Assembly (NCBI RefSeq): GCF_963921235.1
Contig: NC_086097.1
Coordinates: forward strand, 225,682,001 to 225,746,000
Direction of reading: 5' to 3'
DNA from: Mobula hypostoma
Lineage: Eukaryota
DNA length: 64,000 nt
Shown here: positions 38,416 through 48,457 of the stretch, piece after piece
How positions within the stretch are numbered: position 1 is the stretch's first letter
Layout of the letters: every line of letters starts with the position of its first letter
The notes under the pieces: model-generated
What the model was told of the DNA's origin: nothing
The model's database searches: none
Seen by the model: the letters and a program-made list of their open reading frames with translations, nothing else
Position numbers and translations under genes: made by a program

Positions 38416-38635
38416 CATCAAAGTTGCTGGTGAACGCAGCAGGCCAAGCAGCATCTATAGGAAGAGGCGCAGTCGACGTTTCAGGCCGAGACCCTTCGTC
38501 AGGAAGGGTCTCGGCCTGAAACGTCGACTGTGCCTCTTCCTATAGATGCTGCTTGGCCTGCTGCGTTCACCAGCAACTTTGATGTATGTTGCTTGAATTT
38601 CCAGCATCTGCAGAATTCCTGTTGTTTACGTTTAA
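38416..38635. mobile_element. Fold-back (palindromic) mini-Penelope element, 220 bp
   Basis: Arms 38416-38497 and 38503-38584 are reverse complements (1 mismatch in 82), loop GTCAG, then the PLE terminal tail; 13-bp TSD AATCAGCAGCTAT at 38403-15 and 38636-48. Confidence 0.93.
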
Positions 38636-39140
38636 AATCAGCAGCTATGCTGTTTCTGCTTGGAGATGCTGTGCTCAGCAGCTGTGCTGTTCCCTTGCAC
38701 TCATGCTTGGATCTCCTCAAACCCAATCTCAGAAGGATTCTGCGAGACAAATAGCTGAGACAAATTTCCTCAAACAAGGAGATTCAATGTCTCACTTCTG
38801 GAAAAGCAGTCCCGGTGAATGACTACAGGAGGTAAACAAAAGTGGGTACTTAGAAAGATTAAGGACAGAGTTGGACTGCTCTTCTACATAGTGGAGATTG
38901 CATTTGATGTCACCTGGAGAACTATCGATCAGCTAAGGATAGCAGAGTCAATTATTGAAGAAGAAAGGTGTCCGGAGCTGTCAGAAAGACTTCCTGCAGT
39001 CCCAGAGTCAACTACAACCACCATGGAGGAGGTCCCAGAATCTGAGGTTGTTTCACAGCCACAAGTCTCACCTGCCCAGCAGAGTAATCCCCCCCACCCC
39101 ATCATGAGAAAAGATGGATATCTATGTAGCAGATATATTA

Positions 39141-39909
39141 AATTGTATTTTGGCAGCAACTCTTCAATGAAGATCACTTATGACAAGACTTCTCTGGACT
39201 GCAGAGGTGTGTACTTGGGTTCTAGTGGTTTCTGTGAATTTAGAGCAGAAAGCAGTATTGGACGACTTCTGATTTACAAAGGTCATCGGTTTGATGTATC
39301 TCTTGGCTACTGTACTCAGTTTCTGTGGCTGACCACTGTGTTTCTGATCCTTAACCTTGCTTGTTTCTTCAAAACATCTTGGACAGCACCTCTTAAAACT
39401 CTGGTCTGCAGTGAAATTTCTGCTCGGGTGAGTGGGAGAGACCTTGCTGATGCAGGATGGCCACCTTGTGTCTTGTTGCTATGCTCACTCTTGCCACGGT
39501 GTAAAAACTGATGATTTGAGGGTTAAACTGTCACATCTGCAACACCCTCTCCTTTTAGTGTGATTTTTCTACATCCGTTTCTGTTTCAGTTAATCAGTTT
39601 GGTTCATTCAACTCATTATTTCGTTGATCATTAGCAGCTGTTTATTATCTTTGCTTAATCATGCACTGGGTTACATACCCACAAAATAATCAAGTTCTTA
39701 TTTGTAAAGTAGTCTTTTACTTAGTATGTTACTTTCTTTAACAAAGTACAAAATATTCTCAATAACATCTATTTTTTTTGGAAAATGAACACTTGAAAAT
39801 CTAAAATTTGCTCTTTTCTACTGATGCACTAATGCAAAAGACAAAAATAAGCATCTAAAACAAAATATATAAAAAAATTTAGGGTGCCTAAGACTTTGGC
39901 ACAGTTTTG
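39141..39909 (-). mobile_element. Truncated Tc1/mariner DNA transposon (left end + transposase N-terminus)
   Basis: From 39497 on -: (V)ARVSIATRHKVAILHQQGLS..AEISLQTRV..AVQDVLKK...TQVHTSAVQRSL...RVAAK, a Tc1-like HTH region; TIR-like end CAAAACTGTGCCAAAGTCTTAGGCACC at ~39883-39909. Catalytic domain and second TIR are absent. Confidence 0.75.
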
Positions 39910-39960
39910 TGTGTATATAGGTATAGGTATACAAGTTGAAATAGTCTATATCGAATTGGA

Positions 39961-40371
39961 GTAATACTATAAATACATCGTTTGATTAAATAACTAATTG
40001 GGGGTTATATATAAAAGTATGTGAATGGCATAGATCAGTGGTCGGCGAGCATTTGCTACCGGGCCGCGCGGAAACGATATGATTTGGCGATATGAAATGA
40101 TATGAGTCAGCTGCACCTTTCCTCATTCCCTGTCACGCACTGTTGAACTTGGACACCACCACCACCCCCACCCCCCCCCCCCCGTCGGCCAAGAATATCG
40201 TCAATATTAAACCGGTCCGCGTTGCGCAAAAGATTGCGGACCGCTGGCATAGATCATTATGCTGCCATGTCATATGCACGTGCCTCGCTAAAAAAAACAT
40301 GAAAATAAGACACAGTCCTGGCTCTGGGTTTCCTTTCAAATAGTTTTATGTTTTGGTGTTACAAAACAACA
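39961..40371 (+). repeat. Gypsy 3' LTR (5' edge and PPT deleted; split by a MITE)
   Basis: GTAATACTATAAATA...ATAAAAGTATGTGAATGGCATAGATCATTAT...GTTACAAAACAACA parallels the 5' LTR. Confidence 0.75.
40036..40246. mobile_element. hAT/Charlie-type MITE, 211 bp
   Basis: TIRs CAGTGGTCGGCGA / TTGCGGACCGCTG; perfect 8-bp TSD GCATAGAT at 40028-35 and 40247-54. Confidence 0.9.
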
Positions 40372-40754
40372 GGAAGTACCTGACATTGTGGGGTACCTCA
40401 TCCTCTTACTAGTTATTACCTCCCATGAGGATGTCTCCAAGTAATGAGACACAAGGCTGTTTTTCCATCTGGATTGACTGGTGACACTAGGATACTTTTT
40501 CCAATACCTCTATATAGATTGTGCTTTGGGCTGAGCCCAGTGCGTACACACAAATATTCCAGACCGATTGAGATATTATTTCTTGTGACTGATTATGCTA
40601 CCTTTTCTAACAATGGCTGAGGAATCTTTTAAGTTAAAACTTTACATGCTATAACCAAATGCGATGGAAGAAGCATTCCTTTAACTCTATCTTTAGGATA
40701 TGTCCTCCTCAATACTTTGCCCTTGAATAGGTGTCAACTCTTTCCCCCCCTCAG

Positions 40755-42927
40755 ATTGACCAGACTGAGTGGCCTTACGTGTTTGAGTCACTGTACAGGT
40801 TTGGGTTCGGCGAGTCATTTGTATCTTGGGTAAAACTGGTATATGCCAGCCCAATTTGTTCTATTATAACCAATGGTGACAATTCAACTATGGTTCCCCT
40901 ACACCGTTCAGTCCAGCAGGGGTGCCCTCTCTCGCCGGCCCTTTTTGCCATTGTGGTAGAGCCCCTTGCCCTAAAAATAAGAAGTCATCCAAATATTGTG
41001 GGTTTGAAAGTGGGAGGTATTGAAACACTTATTAGTTTATATGGTGACGATGTGATACTCTACTTACAAAACTCAGAAAAGTCAGTCCCCCTTCTTCAAG
41101 ATTTAATCACCTCTTTTGGCAGACTATCGGGATACTCAATTAATTGGACAAAAAGTGATTTTGTGCTCCTCTCCAAAGTCTACACGCAGGGTTTTTTGGA
41201 AAGTGTCCCATTTAAAGTAGTTGAAGATCACTTTACTTATCTTGGCTTGGCAATCCCCAAAGATCCTAAATTAATATTTAAATTAAACTTCGTGGAGTTT
41301 ATCTCAAAACTGAAACAGAATATAGAAAGTTGGAAAACCCTACCTCTGTCCATGATTGGTCGTATAAATTCAATTAAAATGGTTTCCCTTCCTAGGTTTC
41401 TCTATCTTCGTCAAAATCCCCTATTTTTCTTACATCAGCCTTCCTTAGAGAGTTGGACTCCATAATTTTGTCTTATATCTGGAATTATAAGAATTACAGG
41501 ATTTCAAAAATTCATTTACAAAAGCCCAAGTCTGAAGGAGGGCTGAGATTACCTGTATTCAGACACTATTATTGGGCTGTCAATGCTAGGGCTCTAATGT
41601 TTTGGCAACAGGGGGCTCCAGATAACCTAGCCCCTGGGGCTCCCTTGTGGCTATGTATGGAGTCTAACTCTGTTGTCAATTCCTCCTTACCAGCCATGCT
41701 GTTCTCTAAGTTAGAAAAGCCTGTTTAAGATTTGTTTTGAAAAATTCCATCAGAATTCTAAATCAGATTAGGGGCATTCTGAATTTATCAGAGACCTCTA
41801 TACAAACGCCAATCTGTTTCAATCACTCCTTTCTACCCTCATGGTCAGATAAAACCTACCATGCTTGGAGGGAGAAGGGTCTAGTTTCTATTGAAGTCCT
41901 GTGCATAGAGGGACGGTTTGCAACATTTAGTCGGCTGAAAGAGAAATCTGAGCTGCCTCATTCACACTTTTTTCGTTACTTACTAATTAGACACTACATT
42001 CAATCTCAGATTTGTAATTTTGAAATCCTTCCAGGGAAGCATATATTTTTTGATAAATTAAAGAATCCTCCTGGCTCCAAGCATCTCGTTTCTAAGTTTG
42101 TACGTTTGTTTGATGATTGCACTATAGCGTCAACTGTGAAAATTAGAGATGCCTGGAGAGAGGAGTTGGGCATTGAATTATCTGAAGCTGCCTGGGACAA
42201 GAGTTTGTCTATCATACAGGCTTTCTCTGTTAACAGCAGACACCAACTGATCCAGTTTAAAGTTGTCCACCATCTCTACTACTCTAAACTTAGATTGCAC
42301 AGGATTTACCCTTCTGTCTCGCCAATGTGTGATAGATGTCAAGGGACGGAGGCCACATTGTTACACACCTTTTGGTTTTGCCCATTACTGACTGGATTTT
42401 GGTCCAAAATATTTGACTGGTACTCAAAGGGTTATAAAAGATCCCTCCCCTTGGAAGCTGGTCTCGCCATCTTTGGCTGTTCGCAATCTCCTATTTGCTT
42501 CTCTACAGCCATACAACAGTCTCTGATGCTGGGGATGATTGTTGCCAAAAGACTTATCTTGAGGGAATGGAAAACACCCTCTCCCCCTTCCTTCCGGAGA
42601 TGGATGGCTGATATGATCTCAGTCATACAGATGGAGAGACTCAGGTTCTTGAGAACCAAATCAATTTAAAAATTTTTGGCTATCTGGGATCCATTTCTTG
42701 CCTACCTGGACGAGGCCGGGGGCGGATGAATAATTTCCCCCCAGCTGATTTCTCAAGGCTGTCATTTGAGATTTAATGTTTAGTATTTTTGAGCACTTTG
42801 TACAATAGGCATCCCTCTAATGTTATGTCCCTTTTTTTTTGCTTATTTTATGTTTACACATGTCTGAGCTGGTATGTTCTTGTTGATTTCTTTTTTTAAA
42901 TTTTGAAAAAAAAGTATTAAAAAAAAA
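40755..42927 (+). mobile_element. L1/Tx1-clade LINE, 5'-truncated ORF2
   Basis: QQGCPLSPALFAIVVEPLA, SLYGDD, SGYSINWTKS, YLG, KSEGGLRLP, CDRC..EATLLHTFWFC (CCHC); poly-A at 42919-42927. Confidence 0.95.
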
Positions 42928-43495
42928 CCTCAAGAAGTTCCCAACACCATCTCTTTGTTCAAACTATGTTAAGCACATGATGATAAGAAACACCACATAA
43001 ACAGATACTTCTGCAAACTCTTCTTCAGGGCTTTTAACAGTCTCAATCATTTTTGTCATTTTGCATTTCTAAGAGCTGTAGACAGAATTTCAGATCTGGA
43101 ACCTTTGTGCACATTGCAGTCTTGCAAATAGTCAGAAATGACGGCGGGGGTGGGGGGCAGATAAATATCTCACTCTCTATCATGCTATCCTCTCACTTGT
43201 ACGTTCACAGAGCTTGGTGCTGTGTAGTATTACATATTAGATTGCTCTGTGGTATATGGATGACAAATTGTCTTTGCCATAAAGTCAACCAGCCCACTAA
43301 TGTTAAGTACAGTTAATTACTATATCTGCAAGTTCTGATACATTTCCACATTGTCCCATTAACTAGTTCAGGGTGAACCAGCTAGTTAAATGCCTATTCG
43401 GTTCTTGCACCAGTCTTGTAGCAGTGCCAACAAAAGGGAGAATCAAAATCAGAACCAAAATCAGATTTATTTACACCTACATACAATTTGTCATG

Positions 43496-43650
43496 AAACA
43501 CTTCACCTGTGAATTTGCTGGGGTCATCTATTGTATCCAGTGCTCCTGATTCAGCCTCCTCTACATTGGTGAGACCCATCATAAATTGGGAACTGCTTTG
43601 TTGGTCACCTCTGCTCCATCCGCCAGAAGTGGAAATTCCCATTGGCCCAT
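43496..43650 (+). mobile_element. Short Penelope GIY-YIG fragment
   Basis: HFTCEFAGVIYCIQCS*FSLLYIGET, homologous to 33575-33730. Confidence 0.8.
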
Positions 43651-44330
43651 AAATTGAGATTGTGGTAAAGAAGGCATATGCAATGTAGGCATTTATTCAA
43701 GGGGAATAGAATATAAAATCGAGGAGGTAATGCTGAAGCTTTATAAGACTGCTGGTCAGGCTGCACTTAGAGTATTGTCTACAGTTTGGGGCCCATATCT
43801 CAGAAATGATGTGCTCTCATTGGAGAGAATCCAGAGGAGGTTCAGGAGGATCATTCTGGGAATGAAGGGGTTAAAGTATGAGGAGCATCTAGCAACTTTG
43901 GGCTGGGCCCGCACTCACTGGAAATTCGAAGAATGCATGGGGATCTCAATGAAACCTACTGAATGTTGAAAGGACTAGATAAGGTAGATGTGCAGAGGAT
44001 GTTTCATATGGTGGGGTTATCCACAACTAGAGGGCACAGCCTCAAAATTGAGGGGCAACCATTTAGAACAAAAGTAAGGAGGCATTTTTTTTAACCAAAG
44101 AGTGGTGAATCTGTGGAATGTTCTGCCACAGACTGCAGTGGAGACCATGTCCATGGGTATACTTAAAATGGAAGTTGATAAGATTACCTGATTGGTTTGG
44201 GCATCAAAGGATCTGGTGAGAGGGCAGGTGTATGAGGTTCAATGGGATCTGGGATCAGCCATAATGGAATGGTGGAGCAGACTTGATGGGCTGAGTGGCT
44301 TAATTCTGCTCCTATGTCTTACCATCTTAT
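43650..44330 (+). mobile_element. CR1 3' end
   Basis: MLKLYK..WGPYLRNDVLSLERIQRRF..; 3' UTR ending AATTCTGCTCCTATGTCTT. Confidence 0.88.
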
Positions 44331-44374
44331 GGAGCTGTCATGAGTGATGGCAGAACATCCACCCCCCCCCCCCC

Positions 44375-47300
44375 CATGGTTGGAGTTTCTGGGAGCAATT
44401 GTAAAGGTGCAGTGTAGGTACATCCCAAAGATGAAGAAGGAATCTAAAGGAAGGATAACATAACTGTGGCTGACAAGAGAACTCAAAGACAACATAAAAG
44501 CAAAAGAGAGGACATAAATATAGGAAAAATTAATGGGAATAGGAGGCAACTAAAAAGCAGTAGGGATAGGAAAGATGAATTATGAAGGTAAGTTAGCAAG
44601 TAGTATGAAAGAGGATACCAAAATTCTTTAGGTACAGAGCAGATGTCAGGGGTAAGTTTTTTATGCAGAGAGTGGTGAGCGCATGGAATGGGCTGCCGGT
44701 GATGTGGTGGAGGCAGATATGATAGGGTCTTTTAAGAGACTCCTGGAAGGGTACATGGAGCTTAGAAAAATAGAGGGTTATGGGTAACCCTAGGTAATTT
44801 CAAAGGTAAAGACATGTTTGACACAGTTGTGTGGGCCGAAGGGCCTGTATTGTGCTGTAGGTTTGCAATGTTTCTATGTTTCTTTGTGGATATATGAAGA
44901 GTAAAATAGGGATGAGAATGAATATTGGGTTGCTGGAAAATGATGCTGGAGCAGTAGTAATGGGGAATAAAGAAATGGCAGATGAACTTAATAAATATTT
45001 TGCGTGTGTCTTCACTATGGAAGGAAATAGCCACAGATTTCGGTGAGTTTGGAGACAAAAGTGAGTGTAATTGCTATTTAGAACATAGAATATAGAATAG
45101 TACAGTACAGTGCAGGCCCTTCGGCCCACATTGTTGTACCAACCCTCAAACCCTGCCTCCCATATAAGCCCCCAACTTAAATTCCTTCATATACCTGTCT
45201 AGTAGTCTCTTAAACTTCATTAGTGTATCTGGCTCCACACAAACTCAGGCAGTGCATTCCACGCACAAACCACTCTCTGAGTAAAAAAACCTTCCTCTAA
45301 TATCCCCCTTGAAGTTCCCACCCCTTACCTTAAAGCCATGTCCTCTTGTATTGAGCAGTGGTGCCCTGGGGAAGAGGCGCTGGCTATCCAGTCTATCTAT
45401 TCCTCTTATTATCTTGTACACCTCTATCATGCCTCCTTTCATCCTCTTTCTCTCCAAAGAGTAAAGCCCTAGCTCCCGTAATCTCTGATCATAATGCATA
45501 CTCTCTAAACCAGGCAGCATCCTGGTAAATCTTCTCTGTACCCTTTCCAATGTGTCCACATCCTTCCTATAGTGAGGCGAGTGTGGCCGAGTGTGGCCTA
45601 ACCAGAGTTTCATAGAGCTGCATCATTACATCGCGACTCTTAACTCTAACCCTCGACTTATGAAAGCTAACATAAGCTTTCTTAACTACCCTATCCACCT
45701 GTGAGGCAACTTTCAAGGATCTGTGGACATGTATCCCCAGATCCCTCTGTTCCTCCACACTACCAAGTATCCTGCCATTTACTTTGTACTCTGTCTTGGA
45801 GTTTGTCCTTCCAAAGTGTACCACCTCATACTTCTCCGGGTTGAACTCCATTTGCCACTTCTCAGCCCACTTCTGCATCCTATCAATGTCTCTCTGCATT
45901 CTTTGACAATCCTCTACACTATTTACAACACCACCAACCTTTGTGTTGTCTGCAAACTTGCCAACCCACCCTTCTACCCCCCACATCCAGGTCGTTAGTA
46001 AAAATCATGAAATGTAGAGGTCCCAAAACAGATCCTTGTGGGACACCAGTAGTCACAATCCTCCAATCTGAATGTATTCCCTCCACCATGACCCTCTGCC
46101 TTCTGCAGGCAAGCAATTCTGAATCCACCTGGCCAAACTTCCCTGGATCCCATGTCTTCTGACTTTCTGAATAAGCCTACCATGTGGAATCTTGTTAAAT
46201 GCCTTACTAAAATCCATATAGATCACATCCACTGCACTACCCTCATCTATATGTCTGGTCACCTCCTCAAAGAACTCTATCAGGCTTGTTAGACATGATC
46301 TGCCCTTCACAAAGCCATGTTGACTGTCCCTGATCAGACCATGATTCTATAAATGCCCATAGATCCTATCTCTAAGAATCTTTTCCATCAGCTTTCCCAC
46401 CACAGACGTAAGGCTCACTGGTCTATAATTACCCGGACTATCCCTACTACCTTTTTTGAACAAGGGGACAACATTCGCCTCCCTCCAATCCTCCGGTTCC
46501 ATTCCCGTGAACAACGAGGACATAAAGATCCTAGCCAGAGGCTCAGAAATCTCTTCCCTCGCCTCGTGGAGCAGCCTGGGGAATATTCCGTCAGGCCCCG
46601 GGGACTTATCCGTCCTAATGTATTTTAACAACTCCAATACCTCCTCTCCCTTAACATCAACATGCTCCAGAACATCAACCTCACTCAGATTGTCTTCACC
46701 ATCATCAAGTTCCCTCTCATTGGTGAATACCGAAGAGAAGTATTCATTGAGGACCTCGCTCACTTCCACAGCCTCCAGGCATATCTTCCCACCTTTATCT
46801 CTAATCGGTCCTACCTTCACTCCTGTCATCCTTTTGTTCTTCACATAATTGAAGAATGCCTTGGGGTTTTCCTTTACCCTACTCGCCAAGGCCTTCTCAT
46901 GCCCACTTCCTGCTCTTCTCAGCCCCTTCTTAAGCTCCTTTCTTGCTTCCCTATATTTCTCAATAGACCCATCTGATCCTTGCTTCCTAAACCTCATGTA
47001 TGCTACCTTTTTCCACCTGACTAGATTTTCCACCTCACTTGTCACCCATTGTTCCTTCACCCTACCATTATTTATCTTCTTCACCGGGACAAATTTATCC
47101 GTAACATCCTGCAAGAGATCTCTAAACATCGACCACATGTCCATAGTATATTTCCCTGCAAAAACATCATCCCAATTCACACCTGCAAGTTCTAGCCTTA
47201 TAGCCTCATAATTTGCCCTTCCCCAATTAAAAATTTTCCTGTGCTCTCTAACTCTATCCTTTTCCATGATAATGCTAAAGGCCAGGGAGCGGTGGTCACT

Positions 47301-48457
47301 GTCCCCCAGATGCTTACCCACTGAGAGGTCTGTGACCTGACCCGGTTCATTATCCAGTACTAGATCTAGTACGGCATTTCCCCCTAGTCGGCCTGTCCAC
47401 ATACTGTGACAGGAATCCGTCCTGGACACACTTAACAAACTCTTACCCATTTAAACACTTGGAACTAATCAGATGCCAAACAATATTAGGGAAGTTAAAG
47501 TCACCCATGATAACAACCCTGTTATTTTTGCACCTTTCCAAAATCTGCCTCCCAATCTGCCCCTCTGTATCTCTGCTGCTACCAGGGGGCCTATAGAATA
47601 CCCGCAATAGAGTAACTGCTCCCTTCCTGTTCCTGACTTCCACCCATACTGACTCAAAGGAGGATCCTGCCACATTACCCACCCTTTCTGTAGCTGTAAT
47701 AGTATCCCTGACCAGTAATACCACCCCTCCTCCCCTTCCCCCCCCCCCCTCTTTATCCCTTTTAAAGCACTAAAATCCAGGAATATTGAGAATCCATTCC
47801 TGCCCTGGTGCCAGCCAAGTCTCTGTAATGGCCACTATATCATAATTCCATGTATGTATCCAAGCTCTCAGTTCATCACCTTTGTTCCTGATGCTTCTTA
47901 CATTGAGGTACATACATTTCAGCCCTTCTACCTTACTGTCTAAGGAGAAGATGCTTGGGAAGCTGAAAGTTCAGAATGTAGATAATTCACCTGGACCAGA
48001 TGGACTACATTCCATGGTTTTGAAAGAACTGGCTGAAGAGATTGTGGAGGCATAGTTAATAATCTTTCATGTATCACTAGATTCTGGAATGGTTTTGGAG
48101 CAAAGGAATTTGCAAATGTCACTCCACTCTTTAAGAAGCGACAAAGGCCAAAGGAGGGAAATTATAGGCCAGTTAACCTGACTTCAGCATTTGGGAAGAT
48201 GCTGGAGTCCATTATTAATTATGAGTTTCAGGGACCTTGAGACACATGACCAAATAGGCCAAGGTCCAGCACTGTTTCCTTGAGGTGAAATCTTGTCTTA
48301 CAAAACTGACGGAATTCTTTGAGGAAATAAGAGATAAAGGAGAGTCAGTGAAATTTGTTTACTTGAATTTTCAGAAGGCTTTGACAAGGTTCTGCACATG
48401 AGGCTGCTTAACAAGATAAGAGCCCAAGGAAAGATACTAACATGAAAAGAAGACTGG
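44375..48457 (+). mobile_element. Degenerate CR1 ORF2 split by two nested CR1 insertions (44630-44882 on +, 45080-47940 on -)
   Basis: EMADELNKYFA.VFT before 45080 continues after 47940 as KEKMLGKLK...SPGPDGLH..VLKELAEEIVEA. Confidence 0.75.
45080..47940 (-). mobile_element. CR1 LINE, nearly complete ORF2 with frameshifts; same family as 4170-6547
   Basis: ORFs 47443..47724, 46347..47450, 46053..46310, 45567..45986 and 45245..45613 span APE through RT to the C-terminus; tail at 45080-45100. Confidence 0.95.

Larger units (their letters stand above)
34990..39100 (+). pseudogene. Gypsy pol remnants (protease, RT remnant, RNase H, integrase) with three nested insertions
   Basis: WLTPEVNSKL..(L)HTGS (PR); FGLASAPALWQKAM (RT); LTQYDP..PV..DA.AYG..AVMSH, DREVLSLVW.VK.F.QYLYGREF (RH); ELHA..LGMVKMKALA, PWQKIHIDFAG, ITSAPYHP..NGLVESFVQSLKNAL (IN). 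Confidence 0.85.
28246..40371 (+). mobile_element. Decayed Gypsy/Ty3 LTR retrotransposon hosting multiple nested insertions
   Basis: Begins TGTTA and ends AACA; related LTR sequence at both ends (shared TTCCTTTCAA.TAGTTTTATGTTTTGG.GTTACAAAACA); flanks GGAAA (28241-45) / GGAAG (40372-76); internal order gag-PR-(RT mostly deleted)-RNaseH-IN. Confidence 0.85.

Noticed and set aside
38819..39511. 230-aa ORF as a host or domesticated gene
   Set aside because: It joins the Gypsy integrase C-terminal tail to the antisense strand of a Tc1 fragment; no coherent domain.
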